Below are positions 8,549 through 19,226 of a stretch of 64,000 bases of DNA, one piece after another (within the stretch, counting starts at the first letter, position 1; the number at the start of each line of letters is the position of its first letter). The position numbers and the translations under genes are program-made. The stretch covers positions 24,360 through 88,359 of the IMG/VR virus record IMGVR_UViG_3300049811_000251. One strand, 5' to 3'. The notes beneath the pieces are model-generated. The model searched no databases. It was not told the origin of the DNA and saw nothing but the letters and a program-made list of their open reading frames with translations. Source of the stretch: a virus.

Positions 8549-9520
8549 ATCGCATATACGCAAAAAATCATCTTTAGTCATTTTACCTGGGTCCATTTCC
8601 TTAGGTTCCCAAGTTATCCTCTTAACTGGATAAGGAGAACTAGATAAACGAGCCTTAGCAACCTTCCATCCTTCATTACCTGGGTCATCTTGATCGTACC
8701 AAACGTGAATAGTCGAATCTAAACATAACAACTGGTCAGCTTGAGGAAACGCTACATTAGCTGTCCAAGTACATAGAACATCATAATTAACTAGATTAGC
8801 CCACTTAGCTAATCTTAGTAAATCAAAAAACCCTTCGACTAACGCAATCTTACCCCTGTTTTGAAATTTATCTAAACCGCCTAAAGTAAGACCTGTATCA
8901 AACCCAAAGTAATTATAGTAATTCTTAGTTACTATACCACGACCAACTGCACCAACATACTCACCTTGCCTATTTTTTACTGGAAAAACCACCCTGTTAT
9001 TTCTCTTATCGTATAAAAGACCCCATTCAATAACCTCCTGTATCGTAACATCTCTAGACGAGAGATAATTTAAGCATTCCTCTGACTGAAATGCTGGAAC
9101 AAATACGTTCATCAAGTTATCACTAATTACTCTACAAACTTTACGATCTGAAGAATAAGTCCAATCTGTCAGGTCTTCAGATATGGAATCGAGAATAACA
9201 GACAACGTAGGCTCATCAGATTCTAAAAGTCGTAGCCCAAGTTTTATTAACTCATCATTCTTAGAGTATGTTCCATAGTCATGTACTAGAGTCCAAAATT
9301 TACCTCTACACTTGCACGCAAAGCAGTTAAATAAAGTAGGTGCCTTAGCGTTATCGTACCTAATGGAGCAAGAGGGTTTAGAGTCTGCCCCTTTCTGGTG
9401 TGTCCACGGAGCTAGGGGACAAGGGATCAAAATATGATTATTTCTAACGTTCTTTACAGACTCACGCACAACACCCAACTTATCAAGGATTAGTAAAAGT
9501 TCTTCTCTTTTCATGTCCAA
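8537..9520 (-). CDS. dnaG: DNA primase (Zn finger + TOPRIM)
   Basis: CPLAPWTH...DSKPSCS...NCFAC zinc ribbon; LVEGFFD and YDQDDPG TOPRIM motifs. Confidence 0.88.
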   Translation of the reverse strand: MDMKREELLLILDKLGVVRESVKNVRNNHILIPCPLAPWTHQKGADSKPSCSIRYDNAKAPTLFNCFACKCRGKFWTLVHDYGTYSKNDELIKLGLRLLESDEPTLSVILDSISEDLTDWTYSSDRKVCRVISDNLMNVFVPAFQSEECLNYLSSRDVTIQEVIEWGLLYDKRNNRVVFPVKNRQGEYVGAVGRGIVTKNYYNYFGFDTGLTLGGLDKFQNRGKIALVEGFFDLLRLAKWANLVNYDVLCTWTANVAFPQADQLLCLDSTIHVWYDQDDPGNEGWKVAKARLSSSPYPVKRITWEPKEMDPGKMTKDDFLRICDLTF

Positions 9521-9529
9521 CCGATTGGA

Positions 9530-10786
9530 TTAAAAGGAAACTAATTTTTGATCTTCGTCAGAAACCTCAGTAAAATCCATAGCCTCCATGTTCCAATTTA
9601 TCTGAAACTCATCTCTTGAGATAACTGAGGGATCATCTCTAATCTTCAGCATCCGCAATCCCATAACTTTTTGTAATCTATAATCATCATCTTGAATAAG
9701 TTCTACAACATTATCAGGGTTAATAATCCACTCTTTTGCGTACTTTACTTTATAACCTCTGTGAGAACTTTCCATGTTAGATTTACCAGACAACTCACCT
9801 TGCTGAGTTGTTACTATCCACGGAACGTTTGTAAACTCAGCTACTAACTGTAACTCGTCCACTACATCTTTAGCAGATTCCCAAGAATCTCGTTTTCTCT
9901 TAGACACAAACCTATACCCACCGTCAATAACTACTAACGATGGAGAATGCTTCTCAACTAAGTATTGAACGTCACTAACATACTTAACTTCTTTCTTATC
10001 ACTAACAATAATATCCCCTCTTCCATTGACTTCGTTTATAAGTTCCTGTTTCCACCTAGCTTCCCGAAATATGTCTATTTCTTTAGTAACTAAGTCAGCA
10101 AATGGAATCTTGTAATATAAGGAATCAAGTCTGCGTTCTATACGACCCTTAGACATTTCCATAGTCACAAATAATACTTTCTCGCCCTTCTTAAAAGAAT
10201 CTAATGCAATTATACAGGAAGACCACGACTTACCTACGTTCATCATGGCTATAAATACGTTCAAAGTACCAGGAACCCACCCCCCTATAAGTAAATCTAA
10301 TTTTCTCCAAGGAGTAGGTAAATTCTTATTTACTCCACGTTTTAATTGTACGTACTCATCATATCTTGTTGGTCCTTCTTTTCTAAAAGAACGCTCCGTG
10401 TCCTTAGTTACTGGTACTAAACTCTTAACAGTCTGTATTGTATTTTCTAATTCCTCTAACGCAGACTTAGGGTCTCTAGAATCGAGAAGATGGGCGGCAG
10501 CACGCAGCCCTTTATCAATACCCTTTGCAAGACGCCTGTTTACTACTAAATCACAAACATAGTCAATTAAATCACTTGTTGCAGGAATTTCTATTTTTAG
10601 GTTTTCTTCTATCTGCTTACAGGTTGGAAAAGTCCCATAAGTTCCTTTATAATCTAATGCCCATAAGTACGCCTTTTTGGCTTCGTCATAAAAGTCATTT
10701 TCTGTAATTCCAACCGTTTGGAGTTTATCCAAACTTCCAGTTTCAACTAAACACTTTACTAATCTTTTTCCAAGAACATCAGCCAT
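9530..10786 (-). CDS. dnaB: DnaB-like replicative helicase
   Basis: PTPWRKLDLLIGG, Walker A AMMNVGKS, FVTMEMS, VVIDG, MLKIRD. Confidence 0.9.
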   Translation of the reverse strand: MADVLGKRLVKCLVETGSLDKLQTVGITENDFYDEAKKAYLWALDYKGTYGTFPTCKQIEENLKIEIPATSDLIDYVCDLVVNRRLAKGIDKGLRAAAHLLDSRDPKSALEELENTIQTVKSLVPVTKDTERSFRKEGPTRYDEYVQLKRGVNKNLPTPWRKLDLLIGGWVPGTLNVFIAMMNVGKSWSSCIIALDSFKKGEKVLFVTMEMSKGRIERRLDSLYYKIPFADLVTKEIDIFREARWKQELINEVNGRGDIIVSDKKEVKYVSDVQYLVEKHSPSLVVIDGGYRFVSKRKRDSWESAKDVVDELQLVAEFTNVPWIVTTQQGELSGKSNMESSHRGYKVKYAKEWIINPDNVVELIQDDDYRLQKVMGLRMLKIRDDPSVISRDEFQINWNMEAMDFTEVSDEDQKLVSF

Positions 10787-11375
10787 CTAAGATTCCTTCC
10801 CCAAGATGCTTTCTCTTCACAGCCCTAAAATCAATTCCGTCTATCGGAATAGGAATTACGGCTTCTCCTAAGATGGAGAACAAAGTTGGATGATTCTTTT
10901 CTATCTCAGAAGTTGAATAGTTTGAGGTTATAATTGAGCACTTTCTGTTGTCAACTCTAAATCTAATCAAATCTTCTACAAGTTGCCCCTGAAAACGGTT
11001 TCCTGTGGAGGGGTCAACTTGTAACTCGTCTAATACTAAAAGAGGTACTCTACAAAGACGGTCCCACAAAGAATGGGTTTCTGAAAACTGTTCTCCGTTA
11101 ATCTTTATATCAGCTAACCGTCTAAAAGAAACCCAGTGACTTACTATACCTAAGCTTAGGGCTTGTTTCAAACATATAGCTGCTAACGCAGATTTTCCCC
11201 TACCAACCTTACCAAGAAACATTAACCCTTTCGCTTGCATTACATTATTCTTACAACTATTTAACCAGTTTACTACGTACTTCTTATAGACTAGGTTATC
11301 AGGAACCTTGTCTAAAGAAGCTTCCCAATGAACTGGAGGAAGGTACGCACGCTTTAATAAAGACGCATCTACCAT
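10779..11375 (-). CDS. DnaC/IstB-like AAA+ helicase loader
   Basis: GLMFLGKVGRGKS, LLVLDEL, IITSN. Confidence 0.88.
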   Translation of the reverse strand: MVDASLLKRAYLPPVHWEASLDKVPDNLVYKKYVVNWLNSCKNNVMQAKGLMFLGKVGRGKSALAAICLKQALSLGIVSHWVSFRRLADIKINGEQFSETHSLWDRLCRVPLLVLDELQVDPSTGNRFQGQLVEDLIRFRVDNRKCSIITSNYSTSEIEKNHPTLFSILGEAVIPIPIDGIDFRAVKRKHLGEGILDG

Positions 11376-12358
11376 CCAGCTTTCTCCTGACTCCAGTCCA
11401 CGGATTCTCCTCTTGTGGCGAGGTCTTTATAATCGACCTTAGTTTTGGGCTTAATTCCAGTTACCATGCAACCTCGTATCTTAGAAATTACGCCTACGTT
11501 AGACAAGTACATAAAACTAGGCCCTAATCCAACGTAAGACGGAAAAACGTACTTAACTAATTCGTCCCAGTTTTGAATAGCGTAATCTAAGTATTTTTTA
11601 GCTTCCTCTAAAGTTCCACAGTTAAGAACCAAGTTTTCAGCTTTTAACTTAACAGCGGCGTTATGAGCATTAAAATCTTTCTGAGTCCAGACACTCATAG
11701 GCTTATTTACCACAGTAACAGGTTCACACCCGTACTTAACTTTGAATAGTGACCTATAAACTCGATAAAGTTCCAACTTATTCTTCAAGTCATCAGTTTG
11801 AACACCTATCTCCGAAAAGATTTTCGTCTTTAATACTGGCGTTAAAGTAGGTACTCCAGTAATTCCTGCATTAGAGAGTTTTCTTTCAGTAGCTTCCTGT
11901 TCAAGTTGTTTTTTCCTAAGGTATTCTTTGTGAGCCTTATCCGCAAGCTCACGCAAAGAAGAATTCTTTGGTATAAATCTACCGTTAGGCATAAGAACTG
12001 CGTGAGGCTTAGCCGCAGGTGCTTCAGGTTTTTCAGCAAACCACGAGAATAACCCTTCCTTGATTGTGCCAAGTTGGTAAACAGTGTCTCCAGTAGTTTT
12101 CGTTACACTTTTCAACCAACCCCTTAAAACCAACTCATCTAAAAGACGACGGACTGAGAGTTCACTCAGTCCGCTAACGTGTCCAATTGATTGGATGGAC
12201 AAGCCTGATACTAGCATACCATTTTGGTAGTAATCCAAGCTGGTAGCCGTTACCTGTTCGTATACTTCGGCTCTTAGTATGATGTAAACAAGGTTAGCCT
12301 CTGGGGTAACGGTTCTAAAGACTGGAGACAGAACCAATTTTGCTAGTTGTTTATCCAT
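11369..12358 (-). CDS. Putative replication initiator (N-terminal wHTH); start likely 12358
   Basis: LSIQSIGHVSGLSELSVRRLLDELVLRGWL wHTH, directly upstream of DnaC-like and DnaB genes; ATG at 12358 follows a promoter. Confidence 0.6.
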   Translation of the reverse strand: MDKQLAKLVLSPVFRTVTPEANLVYIILRAEVYEQVTATSLDYYQNGMLVSGLSIQSIGHVSGLSELSVRRLLDELVLRGWLKSVTKTTGDTVYQLGTIKEGLFSWFAEKPEAPAAKPHAVLMPNGRFIPKNSSLRELADKAHKEYLRKKQLEQEATERKLSNAGITGVPTLTPVLKTKIFSEIGVQTDDLKNKLELYRVYRSLFKVKYGCEPVTVVNKPMSVWTQKDFNAHNAAVKLKAENLVLNCGTLEEAKKYLDYAIQNWDELVKYVFPSYVGLGPSFMYLSNVGVISKIRGCMVTGIKPKTKVDYKDLATRGESVDWSQEKAGW

Positions 12359-12364
12359 AGTTTC

Positions 12365-12393
12365 AGTATAGCAGAAAAGCTTTAAAAACGCAA
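12365..12393 (-). promoter_or_regulatory. Sigma70-like promoter for the replication module
   Basis: TTGCGT-N17-TATACT on the minus strand just upstream of ATG 12358. Confidence 0.5.
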
Positions 12394-12399
12394 AAACAG

Positions 12400-14376
12400 T
12401 TAGCCTAACATAGTAAACCGTAAATCTACTTTTGATACCTGCCACTCCGCATTAAGACCAGAATCTGATAAAGCTTTCCACCTAAATCTTGTTATAGCTT
12501 CCCTAGCCTCAAAAGTGTAAGTATGCGTACCAGCCCCAACTAGATGATTTTCTAATTCTCCCAAAGTATCAAATATACTAAACTCCAAGTCCAATGAACC
12601 AGTTGCAAGCTCCTCAACCTCGAAAGAGATAACGTAGGTCCAACCGACCTGCATCAACCGCTGATTTAACTGAAAGTAGGCAGTCTGCCCCGTAGTAGTT
12701 GATCTAATGTATCCCCTATGAGCACCAACCCTAGCTTTAGCTCCAGTACCAAAGTTAGTAGTCCAATCGGTTGCACTTCCCACTCCCGTCATTTTAGAGT
12801 CTCTTACTAAATTACCTGATACATACTCATTAGTTCCTAAATCTTCAAAAGACTCCACTACTAAATCCATAGTGGCTTGATAAGGGTCAGTTTGAAGACT
12901 TACACTTATACTAGAAACAACACCTTCTATAGTTTTTTGAGTAGCCCCTAACTTCTTAGGAGTCTTAAATGAAACTACATCATTTAACTCTAACGCAGGC
13001 AGATACGCAGTAGTAACTCTCCAGGCGTTACCAGCCATTCGTATTTCTTGAAACCTGCGAACTCCTATAAGAAACAAGGTTTCTTTGTCAGGAACATACT
13101 TATTGTCTATTTGCTCAGCTACATAACCAAACTTATCAAATAAACCAGAATCTTTAACAGTAGTTTCAACTTGAACCTCTACAGTCTCGTCCGCATACTT
13201 ATCCGGTGATCTATTGCCCTTAGAATTGGGAGCACCACCCCCACCAGCCGGAGGTCTTCTAGAAGGGCCTACGCCAAACCCGCTTCCCATTAAAGCGTCA
13301 GCCATAGCCCTAACGGCCCTAGCAGCTTCAGCATCCCCGTGATCTGGGAGTTTTTCTCCAGCACTTGTTTCTTTTTCATCTTTAGGCCGTACTGTGCCAA
13401 TTACCTCCATAGGTAATTCAGAATCTCCAGCAGGAAAACCTAAAGTCTTCTCTACTTCAAAATCTAAACCAAAGGGATGATCTTCCCACTTAGTTAAAGT
13501 AATATCCCCGCTTCCTCCAAAATCTGCTTTTGATCCAGCCCAATCTGGACGCTCACCCTTTAATTTACTAATACTTCCACTAACCCTCTTGGACCAACCA
13601 GGACTGGTAGTACACTTAACTAGAGACCCCTTACCGCCACTTCTTCCTCCCTTACCACCTTTACCACCGGAACCACTTCCGCCTTTCTCATCAGATAATA
13701 CTTGCTCACCTTTTTGTAGCTCAGTTACAAAACGACCACGCAACTTTATAACCGTAGGTAAAATCTCATCTGTAGTTATTCTAGAAGCACTGACTACTGC
13801 CCACTCAGGTAAAGTGTAATCTACACTAGAAGAGGCGTCTTTCCACTCTCCTGATACTAACTTACCATTAGACGCTACATATAAATACCTCAATCCAACT
13901 TGAGCAACGTTTCTAAGCTCATCAATAAAATTACCGCCACTGATTGACGCTTCAAGAGGCATAGCAGCTAAAGAAACATCATACAAATACGAGGGAACAG
14001 CAGCGTACTTATTCAAAACATCTACTATGACTAAATCAGCAGTAGAGTTAAACTTTTCAGTATTTGCAGGCTTGTTAGCCAACCTGCCAAAAAATGATCG
14101 TACTGATAATTTAACTTGGGCTACGTCAACCTCCTCAACATCTTCCACATCTGTAATTATCCCCATAAACCACGTCTTATTTCCTTTTAGTAAATTCTTT
14201 TCTGGAGAGGTTAGTCCATACGAAATTAAACTTGTATCAATAGATAACGTTATAGCCTTACCCACTAAACTTCTATCATAAGAGTTAGTAGGGTTACTCA
14301 GTAAAACAGAGCCTTCAGAAACTCCGTAAATAGATAAACTTACATCAAACGAGAGTAAATCTTGAGTCAGGATCAT
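12400..14376 (-). CDS. Tail tip/hub-like protein with C-terminal beta-sandwich domain
   Basis: Last gene of tail module; hub-like N-terminus, Gly-rich linkers, C-terminal GWTYVISFEV-type carbohydrate-binding-like region. Confidence 0.5.
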   Translation of the reverse strand: MILTQDLLSFDVSLSIYGVSEGSVLLSNPTNSYDRSLVGKAITLSIDTSLISYGLTSPEKNLLKGNKTWFMGIITDVEDVEEVDVAQVKLSVRSFFGRLANKPANTEKFNSTADLVIVDVLNKYAAVPSYLYDVSLAAMPLEASISGGNFIDELRNVAQVGLRYLYVASNGKLVSGEWKDASSSVDYTLPEWAVVSASRITTDEILPTVIKLRGRFVTELQKGEQVLSDEKGGSGSGGKGGKGGRSGGKGSLVKCTTSPGWSKRVSGSISKLKGERPDWAGSKADFGGSGDITLTKWEDHPFGLDFEVEKTLGFPAGDSELPMEVIGTVRPKDEKETSAGEKLPDHGDAEAARAVRAMADALMGSGFGVGPSRRPPAGGGGAPNSKGNRSPDKYADETVEVQVETTVKDSGLFDKFGYVAEQIDNKYVPDKETLFLIGVRRFQEIRMAGNAWRVTTAYLPALELNDVVSFKTPKKLGATQKTIEGVVSSISVSLQTDPYQATMDLVVESFEDLGTNEYVSGNLVRDSKMTGVGSATDWTTNFGTGAKARVGAHRGYIRSTTTGQTAYFQLNQRLMQVGWTYVISFEVEELATGSLDLEFSIFDTLGELENHLVGAGTHTYTFEAREAITRFRWKALSDSGLNAEWQVSKVDLRFTMLG

Positions 14377-14378
14377 AA

Positions 14379-16160
14379 TTAACTCCTTTTCATTTTAGAT
14401 GCGGCTAGGCCCATAGGAACTGCCGACAAACTGCTAACCGAAGACCATATTTCATGCTTCAACTTTGAATCTTGAGACAAAGCCTCTTTTTCTAAATCCG
14501 CCCTTCTGACAAAATTAAGTTCCAGTAAATACTTCTTAAAATCTACGACAGGAACCAACCTTTCTCCGAAAATATACTCGTTTCTTAAATCCAGAAACGC
14601 CCATTGATACTTACTAATTCGCTCAGCTATGTTTCTAAGAGTTAATTTTGAAAACTTCAAAATATACTCTAACGCCCTAGTTAGAACTATCGCAGAACCG
14701 ACTGGCCAAGGTTCATCTAACGACGAGAAGTAAACGTAAGGAATAGACTCACGAGACAAGAAGGTGGCAAACTCTAAATCACAATCCGTTGCTATGAAAT
14801 TCAGAGGTACTTTTCTAGCTAGGTTTATGGTTTCACAAGTTCTGCATCCGACTTCCACTATACAATTTTCAAATCCAAACGATTGGAGTAGGCTTACCAG
14901 AGAAACATATTCTGAGGGATCGTTATACATCCCTAAGGAGTAACGCTTAAACCTAGCATCGGAATGTAAACTCCACTTATCATGTAAATCCAAAAAACGT
15001 TGAACAACTGATTCTGAAGAAAAATTATTGATAACATACTCTTTAGTAGTATCTATAAGCTTTCTCTTAGTATCCTGACAACTCTCTAATTGTAAAGTTC
15101 TTTGTACCATCATAGTAGTGTTAGGAATCTTCCATAAAGAATCTTTCCTATGCTCGGTAGCCGCAGGCTCTACTAACATTGGATTATCTGGACCAAGTAG
15201 CTCAGGGGCAGTGGTTTGATTATTTACTATTTGAAGCTTACCCATAGATGCAACTTCAATAGTAGGTATGCCAAACCCTTCACCCATAGAAGTAGTTACT
15301 CTAATGTCAGACAACGCAATGAGTTCTCGTAAATCTTCCCTAGTTAAACCCCTAGACCAATCAAAATCTGTATAACAAACAGAGTTTTCTAAACCATATA
15401 CCTGTTCTAGTAACTCTAAATTATACCCCTCAGGGTGAGTACCTGTTCCAGGTTCATCTATCTTACAATGAGCTAAAAGAATAACGTTCTTTCCGTTAAA
15501 AACTTTTTTCAACTTAGCTACATAATCGTATGTTAAGTCCCACCTTTTATGCCAAATGTTTCTATCATAATTTAGAACTACATAAGAATCCTCAAAAATA
15601 GGATACCTTAGTTTATACGACCACTTTTTTCGTAATTCTTTTACACTTTCTCTCGGGTTTCTCCAAAAGTTAATGTCCACTCCGTGAGGGATAACTTGAT
15701 GAGAAGTGTTATAACTACTCCAACAATCTTTTCCAAAATTACTTAAATGAACTATCCAAGCTGGATCGACATTTCTTAATAAACTTCCATACTTTTCTGG
15801 AACAACGGAACCTTCGTAAGGAAGCCAGTAAAAAACTGGACAGTTCTTGTGTACTGATCTTAACTTAGTCAAGAACAAAGAAAACTCAGTACAAGCTAAA
15901 ACTATGACAAAATCAGGAGAATAAATCCATAACTGTTCGTCTATAACGTCTAAAGAGTTAAGTCTAGAGAAACTAACCTCACTAACATTAGGCATACTTA
16001 CACGAGGAATAGGAACATCCTGAGTAAGTAAAACAACTTCATGACCCAAAGACGTAAACTGCTTACATAACAAGAAAACCTGCTGGCCGAAACCAGAAGG
16101 CATCGAAGGAGATTCCCCAATGATTGCTACTCTCATAGTTATACGTTCTCTTTCTTCCAC
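14379..16160 (-). CDS. GT-B (GT4-like) glycosyltransferase with C-terminal methyltransferase-like domain
   Basis: RVAIIGESPSMPSGFGQ, IPHGVD, TSMGEGFGIPTIE; C-terminal IVEVGC SAM-motif-like segment. Confidence 0.85.
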   Translation of the reverse strand: MEERERITMRVAIIGESPSMPSGFGQQVFLLCKQFTSLGHEVVLLTQDVPIPRVSMPNVSEVSFSRLNSLDVIDEQLWIYSPDFVIVLACTEFSLFLTKLRSVHKNCPVFYWLPYEGSVVPEKYGSLLRNVDPAWIVHLSNFGKDCWSSYNTSHQVIPHGVDINFWRNPRESVKELRKKWSYKLRYPIFEDSYVVLNYDRNIWHKRWDLTYDYVAKLKKVFNGKNVILLAHCKIDEPGTGTHPEGYNLELLEQVYGLENSVCYTDFDWSRGLTREDLRELIALSDIRVTTSMGEGFGIPTIEVASMGKLQIVNNQTTAPELLGPDNPMLVEPAATEHRKDSLWKIPNTTMMVQRTLQLESCQDTKRKLIDTTKEYVINNFSSESVVQRFLDLHDKWSLHSDARFKRYSLGMYNDPSEYVSLVSLLQSFGFENCIVEVGCRTCETINLARKVPLNFIATDCDLEFATFLSRESIPYVYFSSLDEPWPVGSAIVLTRALEYILKFSKLTLRNIAERISKYQWAFLDLRNEYIFGERLVPVVDFKKYLLELNFVRRADLEKEALSQDSKLKHEIWSSVSSLSAVPMGLAASKMKRS

Positions 16161-16408
16161 TTACTTCCATCAGGATGTTTACAACCGTACGCTTCAGTTT
16201 CTTCGTACCTAGCTAAGTTGACTATCCCTGATTCTGCTACTTGACAACCACAAATAGAACAACGCAAAAAAGCTCCTTTTACTTGAACAAGCTCACACTC
16301 AGCACAGATTTGAACTCTTTTCTTGACCCGTTCTTCGGATACACAAGACCCCGAGAGTAACGCCTTCGCTACTGTAATTGTCTTTATAGCAAATTCTTGA
16401 AGTCTCAT
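16139..16408 (-). CDS. Small Cys-rich protein
   Basis: RVQICAECE...CSICGC, a common small phage zinc-binding pattern. Confidence 0.6.
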   Translation of the reverse strand: MRLQEFAIKTITVAKALLSGSCVSEERVKKRVQICAECELVQVKGAFLRCSICGCQVAESGIVNLARYEETEAYGCKHPDGSKWKKENV

Positions 16409-17835
16409 ATGTACGAAATATTTGAGGAGGGGTCAGTCACTACCGGATCATTAGAGACTCTTGGATAAAAGTCCAGTCGATTGGAGTCGCTAAGAAATTC
16501 CTCTAAAGACATGCTTTCAAAGCCGTCTCTGATAAATTGCTTGGGATTCATGTGAATACCTAACTTTCCAATGTATAAGCCCCTATTGACAGTAGGAGCT
16601 AAACGCACTAATCCACAAACTTCTAGTGCGTGCATTGTTATAGCATCTTGACCCGTAGGGGGTGCCTTAAAGTACCTTAACTTATCGGCAACTGCCCCCT
16701 CATCTAATAAAAACGCATTCTTTTCAACAGAAGTAGCCTTCTCCATAATCAAAGTAAACCACTTAGTAATTGATATGTGGGGTCTTTGATGATAATGAGC
16801 ACCCAGAAAAAGTTCAACATACTCATTAACTAAAGAGTACATCTTCTCCCAGGCTTCTTTAGTGATTAGATACCCCCACCAATTAGTATAGGTAACATGC
16901 ACTTCCATCTGCTTACGAACTTTTGTATTGTAAGACATTATAGCCTTATCCCATCCTTGAACGGCTCCTACGTTGGAAAATCTTTTGGACCACTCCATTA
17001 GATTAAGACAGAAATCCAAGTATGTTCTGCTAACCACCATATCGTCTTCAAAGACGAACGCCTGCTGATAATTGAGGTTTAGCAAAATCTGATTTCTAGC
17101 ATCAATTATGTTTCTACCACAACCAAAGTTTACAGGTCTTTTAATGACCACTGCCCAAGGAATAGCATTCTTTACAAACTTTTCGTGGTCATCTTGTAAG
17201 GAGGCTTCTTCAGCCCTTACAGGTTTATCTAAAAACACAAAAACTGGAAACTTTTTAAGTGATTCATTAACCACTAAGGATCGAACCACTTGCTTAAAAT
17301 AGTCCAACCGATTGAACCCGACTAGAATAACCGCGGTGATATTTTTTGGAATATCTTCAAACTTAGTATCAGATAAATTGTATTCGTACTGCTTCCAGTC
17401 AATTTGCGGATAGAGACTTTCTTGAAAAGCAAACTTCGGATTAGTGGTAATTTTAAGTTTTTCCGATACTTGAACCGGAGTCAATTTTCTGTAGTAACTA
17501 GAGGGACTAGCTAAAGTAACCCACGTATCCATAGCACTAGGATGAGGGGACAATACTACATAACCATTAGACTTAAACTCACGACCTTTCCAATCCCCAT
17601 TACTTCTTAAAGTTAAAACGCAAACTTTATCCTTAACTCCGCTAAGAGTTAAAGTAGCACCTTGAGAAGTATAAGCTAAGGCCCATCTTAATAAGTACTC
17701 ATCTGAACCAATGCCCAAAGTCCCATCTTCCAAAAATTGAACGTCTCTAGCTATACCCGTAGCTAATCTAAGAGTAAACACGCCTCCCAAAATAAGCTTT
17801 TCTTGAACCGCTTTCAAGAAGTCAAGGCTCATCAC
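16405..17835 (-). CDS. GT-A fold glycosyltransferase with unknown N-terminal domain
   Basis: ILVGFNRLDYFKQVVRSL, FVFLD, NFGCGRNI, FVFEDD (DxD-like), TNWWG. Confidence 0.8.
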   Translation of the reverse strand: MMSLDFLKAVQEKLILGGVFTLRLATGIARDVQFLEDGTLGIGSDEYLLRWALAYTSQGATLTLSGVKDKVCVLTLRSNGDWKGREFKSNGYVVLSPHPSAMDTWVTLASPSSYYRKLTPVQVSEKLKITTNPKFAFQESLYPQIDWKQYEYNLSDTKFEDIPKNITAVILVGFNRLDYFKQVVRSLVVNESLKKFPVFVFLDKPVRAEEASLQDDHEKFVKNAIPWAVVIKRPVNFGCGRNIIDARNQILLNLNYQQAFVFEDDMVVSRTYLDFCLNLMEWSKRFSNVGAVQGWDKAIMSYNTKVRKQMEVHVTYTNWWGYLITKEAWEKMYSLVNEYVELFLGAHYHQRPHISITKWFTLIMEKATSVEKNAFLLDEGAVADKLRYFKAPPTGQDAITMHALEVCGLVRLAPTVNRGLYIGKLGIHMNPKQFIRDGFESMSLEEFLSDSNRLDFYPRVSNDPVVTDPSSNISYI

Positions 17836-19226
17836 AATTCTCCTAAGTATTGTCTAGCTTCTTTGTTATATCTTTTCCAAGTAAGCCAGCAAGACCAATG
17901 ATATGAGGGCTTGCTTAATTCCAAACGATCTTCCCAGGGCTTTAAGTCGTCTGCATAGTGTAAAAACACTATGTTATCTGCAACCTCTTCCTTAAAAAAT
18001 GGAAAGGTATGAATCTCCCAATTCCAATTTCTTGGAATAAGTTGAACTTCGTTAAATCTATATCTTTGAAAGTAATCAGAAATTACAGGTTGATCTCCCG
18101 CGTAAATTACTCCTGAAAAGGTTTTAACGTTATCTATTACACCGTCTCTTAATTCCTTACTAGGATTAAAAATAAACCAGCCTGCGTTAAACCACATGCC
18201 TCTTGGAGTAGTAGCTTTAGTGAATAAGTAAGCTATGTAGTCCCTAACCGCTGAAAAGTGAGTCAATTTTTCTATTCCCTTGATAGAGCTAAGGCAGATA
18301 ATGTCACTATCTATATGACAAACTGGACCCTCTAAATCTAACCCCAAAAGTTTTAACCTATCTAAGTTAAACAAATGTCTTTCGTGATTAACTTGCTTAC
18401 CAGCGGAAACGTTAGAATCCATTATAGCAAATTCTATATCACAGTGCAAATTGCTAATTCTATTCACACTAAATACGCTTAGCGGTTTCTTTGAAAATAC
18501 CACAAACCTAAACGGAAGTTGAGCATTTTTAATCATACTATAAACTAACGTAACAAAAGCTTCTACGTAATTATCTGTCAAAGAACATACAAAAGTGTAA
18601 GGCTTCCATAAGTAGAAAAAGTCGGAGTCTGATCTAAGACAAGCTTTTACAGAAAACGCAAAGTTCTTAACTAAATAAGGAAAATCTTTCGGTACGAGTA
18701 AAACTCCGCCAGGTTTTACTTTAGAGTACCACGAGAAAAGAAGCGTGGTGAGCTGCTCTTTATTGTGTAAATCTAGATATACCCAATAAAAAGAGTGATT
18801 CCTAAATCTAGGCAGATAGTCCTTTTCGAATTCCAATTGATTGGAGGTTTGAATAGCATCTATCAACTCTTTAAGATCACTAACAACTATAAAATTTTGT
18901 AATCTACTATCAACTAAACAATTTTGTAGAAATACAGTGTCAGAACTTCCTACGTAAGCACCGTCAGAGTAAAACTCATTATCTAATAAAAAACCAACTA
19001 CGTCATTTTTTGACGCAGTTGGGTGCCACTTCTTAACTCTGAATGAAGTAATCTCTTGTTTTTCTTCCTCTATGTTAAAAATAGCGTCAGAAGTTATACC
19101 TAAAGGCTTACCCAATACCATCTCTCTACTACCGTAGTAAGAGTATCCTAGTGACTTTCTTACAGCTAACTTATTGACTCGTAAAACTGTAGTACGCATC
19201 AAGAAACTCCGGTGAACACTCCACAA
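17832..19226 (-). CDS. Methyltransferase-like / GT8 glycosyltransferase fusion
   Basis: WVYLD...WYSKVKPGGVL (class I MTase C-terminal part) followed by DNYV, HIDSD, FNAG, GDQ, LHY...KPW (GT8). Confidence 0.8.
   Translation of the reverse strand: MWSVHRSFLMRTTVLRVNKLAVRKSLGYSYYGSREMVLGKPLGITSDAIFNIEEEKQEITSFRVKKWHPTASKNDVVGFLLDNEFYSDGAYVGSSDTVFLQNCLVDSRLQNFIVVSDLKELIDAIQTSNQLEFEKDYLPRFRNHSFYWVYLDLHNKEQLTTLLFSWYSKVKPGGVLLVPKDFPYLVKNFAFSVKACLRSDSDFFYLWKPYTFVCSLTDNYVEAFVTLVYSMIKNAQLPFRFVVFSKKPLSVFSVNRISNLHCDIEFAIMDSNVSAGKQVNHERHLFNLDRLKLLGLDLEGPVCHIDSDIICLSSIKGIEKLTHFSAVRDYIAYLFTKATTPRGMWFNAGWFIFNPSKELRDGVIDNVKTFSGVIYAGDQPVISDYFQRYRFNEVQLIPRNWNWEIHTFPFFKEEVADNIVFLHYADDLKPWEDRLELSKPSYHWSCWLTWKRYNKEARQYLGEL

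Noticed and set aside
11369-12358. Lambda-style iteron origin inside the initiator gene
   Set aside because: No clear tandem iterons found by eye; cannot support an origin call.
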